Shown in pieces: positions 9,901 to 21,300 of a stretch of DNA of 64,000 bases. The stretch's first letter is position 1. Every line of letters begins with the position of its first letter. Source of the stretch: a virus (lineage: Duplodnaviria; Caudoviricetes); the IMG/VR virus record IMGVR_UViG_3300028591_000130, positions 1 to 64,000 of that record; one strand, written 5' to 3'. The translations under genes were made by a program, and so were the position numbers. Under the pieces are notes generated by a model. The model ran no database searches. It was not told where the DNA came from and saw only the letters and a list, made by a program, of their open reading frames with translations.

Positions 9901-12900
9901 GCACAACTTAACGCCAAAAAGATATCGGACTATATTCGGCAAGCAGAAGATTTGCCTGACGAGTTTGGCGCACTACAAGATATCTACATAGGCAAGGGAT
10001 CTACTAACTTGTCAGTGTGGAAACAAGCTACTTACGGCAGTGTTAAACAGCAAGACGGTACTTACAGCAAGCGTCTTGATACCCATATTCAAGCTAACGT
10101 ACTGCATACGTCACCCATTGGTCTTAACGCACTTATAACGGCTAATCTTGCAGATACTGCAACAAAACTGACTACGGGGCAAAAATCGTCAATGACTAAC
10201 GAAGCCTTCTTGGCAAGCACGGGATTATTAACAACTGCTATGCCTGACGAAGGAGTAATGTTTGTTCACGGACAAGTTTTTGACAGAGCGTTTAACGAAC
10301 GCGATACCTTACAAAAGATTAACGTTAAAAAGGTACTTGATATCAACGAAGGTCACTTGCTTGACCTGCCGCAAAAAGTTGCTGCGATGTTCTCTTACGA
10401 TGAACAGAAAGGCTTCTCTTACGGTAAGGGTACCTTTATCCAAGACAGTGATATTTTTGCTCACATAGCAGGATACAGTGGTGTACCTTACGGCAAGAAA
10501 GCCAAGTATGAAGGTATTTTTAAGCTTGGTGTTTTTGATCTTGCTACAGGGCATCTTGTAGAAGAAGATACAATAACTCAGATCATAAAAGAGAGTAAAG
10601 ACCTGATTGACAGAGATAACGCTACTACAGCAGAGCGTTCACAAAGAATCGTTGATCTGTTAAGCCAAAAATATAACGTTTCTTACTATATCCAAACAGA
10701 GAGAGCCAATCCTTTGTTTAAGGCTTCAGAAATGGCTGAGAAGGGCATGACCCGTGCCCTTATTCTTAACACAGGTGAAGCTGACACAAGAGTAAGAAAC
10801 GTAATGCAGAATCTTGGCTTCTACGGAGGTAACTACACTGCGCAAGAAGCTGTTTGGGAAGAAGAACAAGGCTCGCCTAACAAACGTCTTGTACAAAAAC
10901 AGGTTACCCGTACTCTTGGTAAGGTTGACGCCCTTGATATCAAAATGATTGACGCACTCAAGGAAGGCGACCTTGGTGCCTTTGGTGTTGCAGCTAAAGG
11001 CAGATATCAGTTACTGCACGGTGAAAAACTTACAGATGATGCATTGTTTAAGACGATAGGACAAGAATTTGGTATTGACACTACAACAACAGAAGGAAAG
11101 AGTGAAGCCGCAAAAACACTAAGAGAAGCTATTATCCAAGAACGTTACGCACCCAGTAAGGTAATGGCTACTGTTTTACAACAAGCTGGTATCTACGGTA
11201 AAGACGAGTCATTTCACTTTATCTCTAATCATATAGCTAACGTTATTAAACACGGTGATATCAGTAATTATCGTTACCTGATAGACGAATGGGTCTTTAG
11301 AGAAAAAAAAGGAACTCTCAAAGGTGGTACTTCTGCCGCTGAACTCGTTAAGAAATGGTTACTCAGAGATGAAAAAGGACAAGAATACAAAGGTGATATC
11401 AATCTTGAAGATGCTACTCTTATTCTGTCAAGGCAACCAGGTAGTGTTAATATTAATCTTCAAGAGTACAGACAAGCATTGTTAGAAAGCGGCATTGTAG
11501 ATCTTACAAAGAAAGGAAAACAGTTATCTGCCGCTGATCAACAAGCAGCTGCACAAGCTTACATAGATACAGGAAGTCTTGAAAGCGGTGCTTACGGCTT
11601 TAGCAACCAAACCACAAGAGACTTTATGGTTAAAGACGGAATTTCTCAGATGATGAAAGGTTCTGAAGGCGGTTCCGGTAATTTCTCTTTCCTTTATGAG
11701 AAGTCACGTGGTGAGTTTACGAAGATGCGCCATTACTGGGATTGGCAAAAAGAAAGTGATGACGCTGTTCGTTTTAACCAACGTGCCATAACCGCACTTA
11801 GCAATGTCAGAGCAGGACTAAAGAATAAACTTGATATCGAAAATTTCTACAAGGAAAGAGAAAAAGTTTACGGTAAAGACAGTGTTAAGGCAGGTAACAC
11901 CAAGATATATGATACCTACATTAAGGGTCTTGAGAACGGTGAAATAGTACCTACAGCAGCTATCGATCAGATCTATCGTAATATGTTTAACAGGCAAGGT
12001 GGCGGTGAAAAGCTTGCAGGCTTTATCAAGGATACAGGACAAGGTCTTGAATGGAGTATTGATCAACCTGCAGTCGAAAGATTTGTTAAGCGTTATAACG
12101 TAGGTAATGGTGACGTCCAAAAAGGCATTAACATTATGACGTCAATTCTTGGCAGAATGCACCAAGACGGCATAGGTGACAGAAGCATAACTACAATTAA
12201 CGAAGCCGGTGCGTTAAATCTTTGGAAAGCTTTTTCTGCTACTGCAGCTAACGCCATTAATGAAGGTACTATCGATGTGTCTACGAGTCCAGCTGAAGCC
12301 GAACATCTTGGCTTTAAAACTATCAAACTTGAAGATCTTATGGCCGGTCGTTTTGGTGCCGGTAACTTTGAAGAGTCACTATATGGTCATAACTGGCTTA
12401 TTGATCTTGGAGATCATAGTGCTTTTGGTAACAGTTTATGGCGTAACGCAGGTCCCGGTCATAAGAGCGGAAGATATATTGCGATATCAGCAAATCACGT
12501 TGAAGAACCGGGTGCTTATCGTGAAGCTATTGTTGATAAACCTCAAGCACAGGTAGCAGGCTTACAAGATGCTATCGACAGATATCTTCTCGCGTCAAGT
12601 GAAGGAGCAACAGACAGCGAAAGACAAAAACTTTTCGGTAAGATAACAGATAAGGTACAGAAAATCAGAATGACACAACATGACGTCTGGGCAGGTAAAA
12701 AAGGTATCATGGATGAAGCTACCCGTGCCTGGATGCATGACGCACAGCGCGCTACTGCAAAAGGTATGATGCTACTTGGTACTGAAAATGTAGAGGCCGC
12801 ACTTGGTCATGCACACCAGATTGATAACTTAAAAGAATTGATATCTCTTGCAAAAGAAAGAGAAGCTGATATCAGCAAACTTAGTATTAACGGATTTAAC

Positions 12901-15279
12901 CTTGTAGAAGAAGCAAGCAAAGGTAAACTCGCGCATCAGTTTAGCTACAGTATTCTGTCTCTTGAGAGAATGAATAAGATTTATGATACCGGTTTTGCTG
13001 AGATAGGCGATACTCTTATTAACGCAGGTATAGACAAAGGCACTGTTGACGGCCTGATATCACAAATGTCAGGTATAACAAAAGAGATAGCACAAACGGA
13101 AGGTGTTGAAGGAATATCGGCTCGTGAACCGTTACAGTATTACGGTTCTGTTACCCAAAGAAAAGTTTTTTTCAACTCTCTTGCAAGCGGTAATGAAGCT
13201 ATCGGTGACTTTGTGAGTGCGCAAATGCGCAAGGAAGACTATGACTCTGACGCTGTAACTAACGCTTTACACAAGGAACAAGCCGAACTTGCCATTACTC
13301 AGAATGGTGTTACCAAAAGAGTTAATATCGAAGTTGACAGTGCAATGTTGTCTGCTCTTAATAAGATGAAGCCTGCTGAAGGCATACAAATGTCGGTTAA
13401 GCTTCTTGACGAAGGTGCAGCCAAACGTTTTGAGAATTACAAGGCTTCACAATTCTTTCTTGGTGCAGGTGAAGCACAAAGATATCGCACGGTGCAAGAT
13501 TTCTCAAGCCAAGATTTCAAGTTTGACTTTAACTCTTTGTCTGCTGAACACTTAGCTGAAAAGATTGCACCTTATGACTCTCAGTTGTCTCGTGACGTCT
13601 TGTCTACAGTTCAAATGACTCACGGACAGAGAGTAGACTTTGGCAGTGATGATCGATTTAAAGGATTCATGAAACAATTCTATCAAGATATGGTTAAAGA
13701 AGCTTCTCTCGATCAAAAAACCTTTGGTAGAGACTTTATCTTTGCAAGCGGCGAAACACAACGGATAAGAATGCTTGAATATCTTGAGAAGAACGCTGCA
13801 GCAGCAGGTGCTTTGCTGGGCGGAGGCGATAATCAAGATCTTGACTTTGCCTATGACGTGCTAAAGTTTTCCATGCATGACGCAAGCTTGGTAGGTGACA
13901 TGGTTTCAAGCGCAGGTAGAGTGCCTACAGGCAGGATAAACAGAATCACCCAAAATGTTTATGATATTATGCATGAGGTATTGCATAACGAAGATGCAGG
14001 ACAATACTTTGAAAAAGACATAGGCTTGCTGACGAATCAAATAGGTTTGGTTAACCTTGCTGTGCAAGAAGGATTCTTGTCACCTAAGAACATAGGCGCT
14101 CAAGCAGGTACTACGATATCAGGTGAAACTTTAAGAACGCAACTCATTCCTCGTCTTGAAAGTGCGTTTACTGCTGCTCTCAGTGTGAAAGATAACGCTA
14201 CTGACGAGCAAAGGGCTGTTATTAAAAAGGATCTGTCCGATATTTTACAAGAAATAGTCATACCGAGAGCAAGTAACGAACTTGCAAGGGATCCTGCGTT
14301 ACCTACTTTGCTTGAACTTTTACAAGACGAGAATAAGGCAAAGACCTACGGTGTCAACTATAAAGCACTTGTAAAAGATACTCTTGGCAGTTTACCTGAA
14401 GACGATCCACGAGCTTTGACACAAACAGCTAAAAAAGCTATAGGCACTTACGTTGACTTTTTGGTAGACAATGTAGGGTGGCACGGTAACAAGAGAAATC
14501 TTTTCTCATTTAGCGTATCTCACGGTTCAGGCAATCCAAAGAATCTGCCTACTATTTTGCCAAAAGAAAGTAACCAAGCCGCTGTCCAGCTTAGGAACGT
14601 CATGGGTAACGTTATGTCTGACCTTGGTGTTAATGACGCATTGCTTTATACCGGCGGTAACGTAGGTTTTAACAGAAAAGTATCTGCAGCACAAGATCTT
14701 GATAACTTTGCAGATCGTACTGCGAAACAAAAACCCCTGCTTGATATTTCTGAGGTACCGAAAAAAAGAAATTCATTGCTTAGAACTAAACTTAGAGCAA
14801 TGAAAACGGGAGGCATAACAGGCACTCTTGTTAATATAGCAGGAGGACTTATGATATCAGGCTTTGCCAACAATCCGTCACAAAAGCAAGAGCCGCCCAG
14901 ATATCAACAAGGCGGAAGACAACTTCCTACAGCAGAAGGTTCAGCTTTTGGTAACGCACCTATTCCTGCACAGAGTTTGCCTGAACCTGCTACAGGGTTA
15001 GCAGCAGGCGGTGCAGCAGCTTACGCGTCACAGTATCCAATCTCTTTTGCTGACAGTAATCTTAACGTTATGAGAGGCGGTCCTGCTAAGGCTTACACTA
15101 TTAATATATCGGGAGTCAGTCCTAGAGGACAACAGGCAGCAGTAGAAGCTATCCAAAGTTCCATAGGAGGTCCTGTGCCGCAAAATTCTTCCATTAACGT
15201 TGCTATCAACAATAACTATAAAGATACTTTGTCACAAGCACAGGTAGGACGTATGGTTCAAACTGCTATGGGTTTTTGA
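3940..15279 (+). CDS. Giant 3779-aa protein: putative single-chain two-barrel DNA-dependent RNA polymerase (beta+beta'-like, probably virion-packaged) with an N-terminal DEDDh 3'-5' exonuclease domain
   Basis: Exonuclease motifs: GFDFESTG, GHNTRTFD, HLDTL, HAATTD. Collinear RNAP-like motifs: PDEGVMFV, KGTFIQDSDIF, FKASEMAEKG, GKKG..DAQR, REP, EDYDSD, GRVPTGRINR, QEGFLSPK. Confidence 0.72.
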   Translation: MAATPVNIVDNVYQADNASVIDLGDVLQDDSWYQHLDPETQAYLLRNVIQSENGSVINLGTAVLNKAGIQRVLDNTEQTIKALVAKEETQTYEVKRKKEKFKHNPHIREGYKKLATHDFFSKLTSYISEDNELFKNTNKPVEIPYENIQGFQIHQTTNQTIQALANIEKQEGMVVGFDFESTGGVKLGEKQIPRKLTEFTFVKRNIYDESDIPEIFSSIVGSSEEDDQEYEDIINKIERGQELSYEERVTATRLAKIGASSQLDGAIAWNSTEAQQYGIFTFNKFVGENEVALRDTRMMRRGKDVQRKIGEIQRSLPLQDIELDHKKFSVRGWEKKLLEGVDAVLHGGKGKTALTAVGHNTRTFDISLLNSLMTNGQLSEGAQEAMRYLFRDKNDSQQKSTTAKTLKDKVDKQLKELSDTLNNEDISKTIQDYHTEVDRLVTQGIEAKESADVQQYAQYFLNVQQQRTQLENELQQRTTDYNSAEQRYQNLKNSGVGDDSEELKKAAFERDEKRIARDSVTRQIKSLQQEVFSKSSEISFINDAITHERNVIAQQTRAELNSYQQQNKTPEEIAALREQQTQKERALINSWTVFDNATNEMRKVQDREYEQQVDNVSLSIERDIQATENMNKGIEDQQKTFRDIIKFNEDEIRSKGYDPQQRPDTIADDALKSAYDNLETSNEALQASKEQLQQNKLEIDSKTKLQDELKNTSDYKQKAVLIERHNLQRLINADNKVITQAENFLTNDNVQDNYKQQYGAESYKRKTKQEERRKQEAQNRIANYKQRIDALDQGALPELHTKISDRRDIVTNLAKQHTQLPKTLADQIKSITTKGIEDLISGYFQETVNSFRKLERKDFTTDEAFAKFQNRFETIDNRIKQASQGEDIIYETRQSIDDMISETLSDDSVINQASRKDINEAAVDWEAVTEEYDKIIDAREQGNAKVKSIQTKLRQLTAQGDVIGMPDATLFRDEFGNASFKYHLDTLAVFRRFMPEDFYDESDIDQMGRMNLTSGQQEAIVRRMSAAVDPQTGKRNWSMSVYDDPRNAGAAHAATTDTLYNLEYVLKRGMLVETSPLRQALSSLQEQSDIVLRNDGSELFLATSRIDHEAYRLMTFAKDPLTETFRFPDKYAVSSKDVENKVPGKVQTELVGSQGIQKGVTYRVKRLFEAATEKEFHDIMKDMYPDTDISKLTVLELEAYAPKPDPRGLSVRLRTPVYYVGTRQDIANAMMDHTFYIGDLQRNGEIDTIKVSDYTKKQLAKHTFSPDGVIKTTPFSAPDIVREGVRRAEQEAAARKIRYHDYKADKKLLDFLEYEEDKLKELTSQTTQGSPSEREAQIKLYQRLWENSTIIAQRIFRGEAVDINSEMYKNSYQNFFGFYSFDDAQKGHLLPETLSGQLGRIDWARQNKATIQAAVTKAEELAGPKQTNRAVVSYYYRKLMQGIEDYIEQQEQTKNSRRLGWELDGLYGYEFENRFEINLKGFGDITKDTIVTLNLNSEPHTISHNIMNALAQNGFRDNYKPEERTLFLKQVQRFLYNTRQIGYFTDGLSKRSRETWIQEVRDGTRQYPDAFIQEFNSQYPLDEQERPMNPFRIMEQDTEVTAAHKLVQTLKNKRAVNPFSGHITGTYRHTTSGWTETFTNADETKKVLDTIGKTIPTVTGVFSEKEKDIETKVNEVIDDVVDNVLMLKDDRISNEVLEGAGYTAQEITTLRSVRSLHKQGLQRYTKQLFGLIAHMGGTITWDSHSRSVMAKIGDKMIDLAIPTERFIGGQLQYQVGGSLLSMPVGIFDLKDGYGERTELKMTSLIEKAIATQEGLIKWHKEQFAEGEGDVLYHLSKTLTGLGTTLRTAPIVKDVGITSRSNQFRVEYKDIFKNIPALLGSNVPDIDTWNTDEGYKQVIRDLATGVQEYEPDHPAYSHFTALQANLDRLLITTREAGIVTKADYNNILQSFIPNVKMADHLAGIATYHGDWYNQFVQQRRNPANVEDAAQLNAKKISDYIRQAEDLPDEFGALQDIYIGKGSTNLSVWKQATYGSVKQQDGTYSKRLDTHIQANVLHTSPIGLNALITANLADTATKLTTGQKSSMTNEAFLASTGLLTTAMPDEGVMFVHGQVFDRAFNERDTLQKINVKKVLDINEGHLLDLPQKVAAMFSYDEQKGFSYGKGTFIQDSDIFAHIAGYSGVPYGKKAKYEGIFKLGVFDLATGHLVEEDTITQIIKESKDLIDRDNATTAERSQRIVDLLSQKYNVSYYIQTERANPLFKASEMAEKGMTRALILNTGEADTRVRNVMQNLGFYGGNYTAQEAVWEEEQGSPNKRLVQKQVTRTLGKVDALDIKMIDALKEGDLGAFGVAAKGRYQLLHGEKLTDDALFKTIGQEFGIDTTTTEGKSEAAKTLREAIIQERYAPSKVMATVLQQAGIYGKDESFHFISNHIANVIKHGDISNYRYLIDEWVFREKKGTLKGGTSAAELVKKWLLRDEKGQEYKGDINLEDATLILSRQPGSVNINLQEYRQALLESGIVDLTKKGKQLSAADQQAAAQAYIDTGSLESGAYGFSNQTTRDFMVKDGISQMMKGSEGGSGNFSFLYEKSRGEFTKMRHYWDWQKESDDAVRFNQRAITALSNVRAGLKNKLDIENFYKEREKVYGKDSVKAGNTKIYDTYIKGLENGEIVPTAAIDQIYRNMFNRQGGGEKLAGFIKDTGQGLEWSIDQPAVERFVKRYNVGNGDVQKGINIMTSILGRMHQDGIGDRSITTINEAGALNLWKAFSATAANAINEGTIDVSTSPAEAEHLGFKTIKLEDLMAGRFGAGNFEESLYGHNWLIDLGDHSAFGNSLWRNAGPGHKSGRYIAISANHVEEPGAYREAIVDKPQAQVAGLQDAIDRYLLASSEGATDSERQKLFGKITDKVQKIRMTQHDVWAGKKGIMDEATRAWMHDAQRATAKGMMLLGTENVEAALGHAHQIDNLKELISLAKEREADISKLSINGFNLVEEASKGKLAHQFSYSILSLERMNKIYDTGFAEIGDTLINAGIDKGTVDGLISQMSGITKEIAQTEGVEGISAREPLQYYGSVTQRKVFFNSLASGNEAIGDFVSAQMRKEDYDSDAVTNALHKEQAELAITQNGVTKRVNIEVDSAMLSALNKMKPAEGIQMSVKLLDEGAAKRFENYKASQFFLGAGEAQRYRTVQDFSSQDFKFDFNSLSAEHLAEKIAPYDSQLSRDVLSTVQMTHGQRVDFGSDDRFKGFMKQFYQDMVKEASLDQKTFGRDFIFASGETQRIRMLEYLEKNAAAAGALLGGGDNQDLDFAYDVLKFSMHDASLVGDMVSSAGRVPTGRINRITQNVYDIMHEVLHNEDAGQYFEKDIGLLTNQIGLVNLAVQEGFLSPKNIGAQAGTTISGETLRTQLIPRLESAFTAALSVKDNATDEQRAVIKKDLSDILQEIVIPRASNELARDPALPTLLELLQDENKAKTYGVNYKALVKDTLGSLPEDDPRALTQTAKKAIGTYVDFLVDNVGWHGNKRNLFSFSVSHGSGNPKNLPTILPKESNQAAVQLRNVMGNVMSDLGVNDALLYTGGNVGFNRKVSAAQDLDNFADRTAKQKPLLDISEVPKKRNSLLRTKLRAMKTGGITGTLVNIAGGLMISGFANNPSQKQEPPRYQQGGRQLPTAEGSAFGNAPIPAQSLPEPATGLAAGGAAAYASQYPISFADSNLNVMRGGPAKAYTINISGVSPRGQQAAVEAIQSSIGGPVPQNSSINVAINNNYKDTLSQAQVGRMVQTAMGF

Positions 15280-15360
15280 TATCGTGCAATGAAAGTTTGT
15301 ACATTTTGTACAAATGGTAATAATAGAAATAGAAAAAGAATAATGGAAGGGGGCTAACGA

Positions 15361-18300
15361 ATGGCTACCCAAACAACAGGCATTGGTACAAGTCAAGGTG
15401 CACAAACTGTTGTGTCAATAGAACAAGTGATATCACGAATAACTAACGGTACAGCAACTTCTAATGACGAATATACTTACAGACAGTGGCTACAGCAACA
15501 AGTTAAAGAAGGTAAGGCTGATTATGACAAAGATAAAGAGATTTACACTTTTAAAGATTCTGACTGGTCTGTGTCATATTCTAAGGATACTTATCAAAGA
15601 TTTATTAAAGGTGAAAAGTTAAGTGACGCACTCAAAGAACAGGTAGACAGTGGCGCAAAGCCTATGACTGCTGACGAATGCTATCAAGTTCTTACTGGCG
15701 GTACGTCAAATCGTTCCTTACTGGATAAAGCCTTGTCCTATTACGCAATGCACTATGACGAAGTTAACGCTGTTGACAACAATTCTCTAAGAGCACAAAA
15801 AGGCGATAGCGTTAAAGACATAGTTATGAAAGACGAATATATGAGATTACGGCTGGCTAAGCTTGCACAGATAGCCATATCTTACAATACAGGAATAAAT
15901 AAAATTAAAGCTACAGATCTTTACTCTAATTCTTTTCTAAAAGATTTTGGTACATTCGAAGATTCACAAAATGTCAGTGACGTTGATAGGACAGAAGAAA
16001 AGACCGCTAACGACATTGCTAAGGAAGTTCTTGGTAACTCTACTCTTAATCTGTCAGATCAAACTGACTTTAAACTTCCTGACATGGGCGATTACTACCT
16101 TGGTAACGTTGATACTACTTACCTTGATCTGATATCAGAACGTTACGAAAATAAAAAGGATGCTCACGCTGCTGCCTTTTACGCCGAAACTGCACCTGAG
16201 AAAACCTTGGGTTATAATGAAGATACCGATATCTATTTCTTAAAAGCTAAGGTCAATTTATCAGATAATGATATCAAAGATGGTTTTATGGGTACTGATT
16301 TTATAACTTTATTTGTAGATCAAGTCAGTGCAGCAGAAGGTGACGCTACTGCTGCACTGGAAAAACTGTCTGCCGATATTGCCAACAAAACTGCCGGTTA
16401 TCCTGCTATAGCAGGATCTTCTGCCGGTAATATGTTCGAGTTGCAATTAGTAGGCATATCGTCGCCCAAACCTGCAAGGTGGGCTACGGAAACTAACGTT
16501 GAAAAGAGTAGCATATCTTACAAGGGAATAAAAAAAAGCGACACTATTGAAACCTTCTTGTCAAACTCCTTTGTGATATCATTTCCCGATATGCTGGCTT
16601 TGCTTGAACAAAAAGGTAATGACAGTACTAATGACTTTTGTTTTATTTACGTTAACGGTAAATGGCACCAAGCTGAATTGATATCAGAGACTAACGGCAC
16701 GTGTGATTTCAGGTGGCTTATTGATCCCGGTTCTGAAACGGTCAGTACGATTAAACAAAAAGGAACAGAAAGTGTTGATAAAAGTTCTGACGTTATAGCT
16801 AATATGGCACTTGCACAAGGTATCTCTACTTTACGGGAATTAATAAACAGTGCAGGAGGTACAATTTATATTAGATTTGAAGGGGCCGGACTTAAGGAAG
16901 GTGGCAGTGTCAACTTTCCTGCAGCAATGTCCGGAGCACTCTCTGATATCACTGCCAAGTCACAACTATTAAGTATGACCGCTAACTCTTCTGATATCAC
17001 TGCAAGTGGCCTTAACCGTATTCACACAACCAGTAACAGAAGGTATTTAGGCGAAGTATTTATAAAAATGGACTCTCAGTATGGTAACGTTTTTATTAAT
17101 CTTGCCAAGTATATCTTAGGTACCATTGAAGATAACCCTGACGCTAACAAACTTTATCGTGACGAAACCGGCGAATACAAAATGACTGACTTCTACAAAA
17201 TGTCTGACGTTTATGAAGGCAAAAATAATCATAACTTTGTAACCCGAGATTACGATATTGATTCCAAGGTTTACGCTGACGCCTTCTTCGAGACTCTTGA
17301 TATCTTAGATGATCGCAGGGAAATTCAACAAGCGATTCACGGTGAAAATTGGGATAATCTTCACGAGTACAACGTTACCATAGGTGACGTTACCTTCTTT
17401 GTACCGCCTGTCAATATAAGAATGCAGACTCATACCCAGTCAGAACGTATGCAACTTTTGAGAGCAGCAGGTTCTGCTACAAAGACGGATCAACACATGA
17501 CCCGCGTTATTGCTATGGATATCTTCTTTAACGAAGAACGCGGTATTAACGGATATCAGTATACTACTACTTTGAATGACTCAGAAAAGACACCCGTCGT
17601 CTATTCTCTTAACGGGTTGAGAGCTTTGGTATCACAGTTTAAGTTTACACCGTTTCTTCCGATAACTAATACCTTTATCAACGAAACTCTCGGTATAGAA
17701 GCAGTAACTGTATCGTCACTGCAGATAACGTCAGTACACAACTATCCTAAGCTCATTCACGCGACCATAACAATGCTTGAGTTTGACTGGACTGTTTATA
17801 TGCCTGATATCTCACAGCTTAAGATAACCGCAGCTTATGGTGCCGCTATTTTGCAAGAAAAAAACTGGGAAGATCTTCAAGCTGCAGCTAACGCTGCTAC
17901 TGACGAAAACGGCAATGTTGTAACTAATGACGCTATCGAAGAAGCAGCGTCAGACCTTAAAAGAAACAGTAAGTATATTAACTGGTTTGAAAAGACTATT
18001 AACTGGAAGACATTTCGTTACTACTATCAAAGAGCTATAAGAAGAGGCGATCTTCTTAAAAATCTGCCCGTTGACTTTAACTCAGAAGAATATATTTATT
18101 ACACAAGTGGCGGTTTAACCTGTCTTGTTCCTATGGAATTTACCGAACCCAGGATCAAATTCTACATGGCTAATGAGGACTACCTTAAGGAACTGCTTAA
18201 GGCACGTTTTGAATATCTTAGCAAGACAGGTACTAAGGGACAGGAAATATCATTTTCTCCGGATCAGATCAAGTTCTTGGAAGCTCTTGACGAACTTAGA

Positions 18301-21300
18301 CAGAATTTGCTAGAACTGTCACAAAATGCAGAGTTCAGACAGTGTGTAGACAGCGCTAACGAGCTGATACATATGGCAGGTATATTCTCTGACGCTGACG
18401 ACCTTGTCGGCAACCTTCGTCCTGACTCTTTTTATAACAAAGGCTGTATAACCAACGGTATGGGGCTGCCACAAGAATGTGTTAACAGAGTCAACGCTTG
18501 TCTCGCAAGAATAGATCAAATTACTCAAGACGTAAGAACAAGACATAATAACTACTTTGAGTATGATCCCGAGTATTTCAGTATTATCAATAAAGATGGC
18601 ACTAAGGTATCTTTTGCTGTAGCTATAAGACTTAAACGCAGTGCTTTAACCGATACAGAGATGGGGTCTTTCAGACAAACTATAAAGAACTTTACCGGTA
18701 CCGATCCTTTTCAAGAACAAGGCAACTGGCAGGGATGGATAGATGACGCCATTGACAGAAGAAACAGTGAAACAATGGCAATACCTGATCACCTTGTTGA
18801 CTCTAACCAAGATCGTATCATAATTCCTATGTCTATTGGTGTTAAAAAGCAAGGATATATAACCGACGTTTACAAGATAGATCCCTACTCTAACTTTGAC
18901 TTGGACAGTAATACTGCGGGTATGAAACTGTTGTCACAAACGGATCATATTATTAATACTTACAAAGATAAAAAGGCGTCAGCAACAGGACACCCTGACG
19001 TTAACGCACTTATGAATTTAGTATACGATCCTTACGCTGTTACCGACGACAGTTCTGAAGGATTTTTAGTTGTTGACTGGCGCGCAACCTTAACTAATCA
19101 CCTTGCAAGGATACGAGTGATATCAAATGACAGTTACGCACCGCAATATCTTGGCGGTGAAGATACAGAGATTAATATAACTATTCGCACTCAGAATAAA
19201 CAAGCTGCTACAATGCTGACGGCTATTCCCAAACAGATATCAAGATTAACAAGAATGTATCACCTTGTAATGCCTTGTGTGCCGTTAAGAATAGAAAGTG
19301 AGTTTTCTAAGTTCTTGAGTGTTAACGACGTTACCTGTGAACAAAGTGTGATATCAACAGTAGCCAATCACCCCGGTCTTTACGAAGTTAATATGACCTT
19401 TATTTCTATGAACAGAACTATCAGAGAAAGGGAAGCAGCTACGAAGAAAGCTATCAATAACGCGGGCTGGAATTATTACGGTGATGATTCCCTAACTGAT
19501 TACGGTAAAGGACATCTCTATGGTGCTGCGCTAGGATCTGTAGCAGGTCTTTTGGGAGGTATAGCAGGTGGTGTAGGCGCACTTACTCTAAAAGGTGTAG
19601 GCGCTTTGCTTGCTACAGCAGCGGTAGGTGCTGCCGTAGCTGCTACAGGTGCTTGTCTTCTTGTAGGCATAGGACACGTTATTTCTGACGTTATGACATT
19701 AAACAGTACTGACTTGTCTCAAAGTTCTGCAGGTGACGGCACCATTAACAGACGAAAGTTTAGACATTACTTTGATATCAAAAACTCTCTTGCTGAAATG
19801 GATCTTTATCCTGACCTTGAACTTCCTATGATAGCAGAAATGGAAGCAGCAGGTTTTTATTACACAAGGTATAAATTTCAGGATAATCGTCTTTACGTTG
19901 ATCCCGACTTTTACTTTATCTATCCGGTCAAGCTTACCAGTAATATTTACCGTGAGCTTGCTATTCACGGTATGGAAGGCGGAATAGGAGAAACTAAGCT
20001 AACTGACGTTACCGGTGCTTGTGTTACTGTCAAACCTGCACAAGGGTCTACTCTTCAAGCTACTGCGAGTAATAACACCTATAATAAACAAGCACAAACT
20101 GCAAGAGATATCAGACTTGGTGTTATTAAACTAAAGGAAGAATTGCGCAAAGACGGAGAAGAAAATATTAAACAAAACCCTAAGGTAGAGATGCCCTTTA
20201 TGGCTCTTGTTAATCTGACCATGGAACGTGACAGTTGGTCAGTTTGTGACAATATTCAAGGAATGTTTTTAGAAAAAAGATTCTTACAAGAAATAAAAAC
20301 TTACGAGAATACTAACGCTGCTGCTACAGCAGGTAACGTTAACGAAACTAGAGGGACAGGCAGTACTACCAATACTGACGCAGCTGATAAAGAGTCAGAA
20401 GGCGGTGAGGTAGTACAAACAGAAAATCAACAAAATAAACAAGTAGTTCATACAGAAGGAAGCTATATTTTTAATCAACAAGAAAAGGCTATTCAAGCAG
20501 CAGAAGAATTTTACAAGTGGTTATCTACAAAGACTATAGAACAAACCATTCCTAATATGGCAGTGTCAGCAGGTGTCTTTCTTGAAACCGGTCCTGTAAT
20601 TTCAAATAGTCAAGTATTTTCCATAATAAAAACTGCTGTGGTTGCTTGGTTGGGGTTATCTGAAGTTCAAGATTTTCTTTCTGCACTTTACGTTGATATC
20701 AATAATAAGTTTGTAGATCTTGTACAAAATATTGTTTGTGCTGCTGCTTGTGTGTCAGGAGCAAGAAAAGAGTTTTCAGGTGCAGAATCGTCAGATGACT
20801 GGAAGCCTGACTGTAATTTTGTAGGCGTTCAACTTGGCACAAGTCAAAACGCAGGAGGAAGCAATGAAGTACTTTGGCCTAAAGACAAGAGTAAGCAAAA
20901 AGAATGTTTTAACGTCATAGTTAAACATAGTCTTGAATTCAGCATATATCGTTTTAAAATGCTAACTGATCAAGAACTTTACGCTGCTATTTATAAGGGA
21001 GAAGAAGCTGCAATTGAAAAACCCTATACTGACAATATTGAAGAAGGTAACGTTAACTATAGTCATTTCTTGTTAGACCCCGGATATCGAACAGCTACAG
21101 TAGAACTTATCGAAGAATATAAAGGTAAGTGTATTACAAGTATGGCTTACGCTACCTACGCTTACTTAAGACTTCTCTTTTACTGGTTATGCCGCCTTGT
21201 TTATCTTAGAGTATTTCCTAACTTCTCTACCGATATTGCAAGATCTCACGCACAACACGAGATATCAGTACAAAATACTACAAAGTCATTACTGGGTGAG

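Noticed and set aside
3940-15279. Calling the 3779-aa protein simply a tape-measure protein or a DNA polymerase III alpha subunit
   Set aside because: It lacks regular tape-measure periodicity outside the insert and has no PHP or PolC polymerase motifs. The collinear two-barrel RNAP motifs explain the C-terminal half better.
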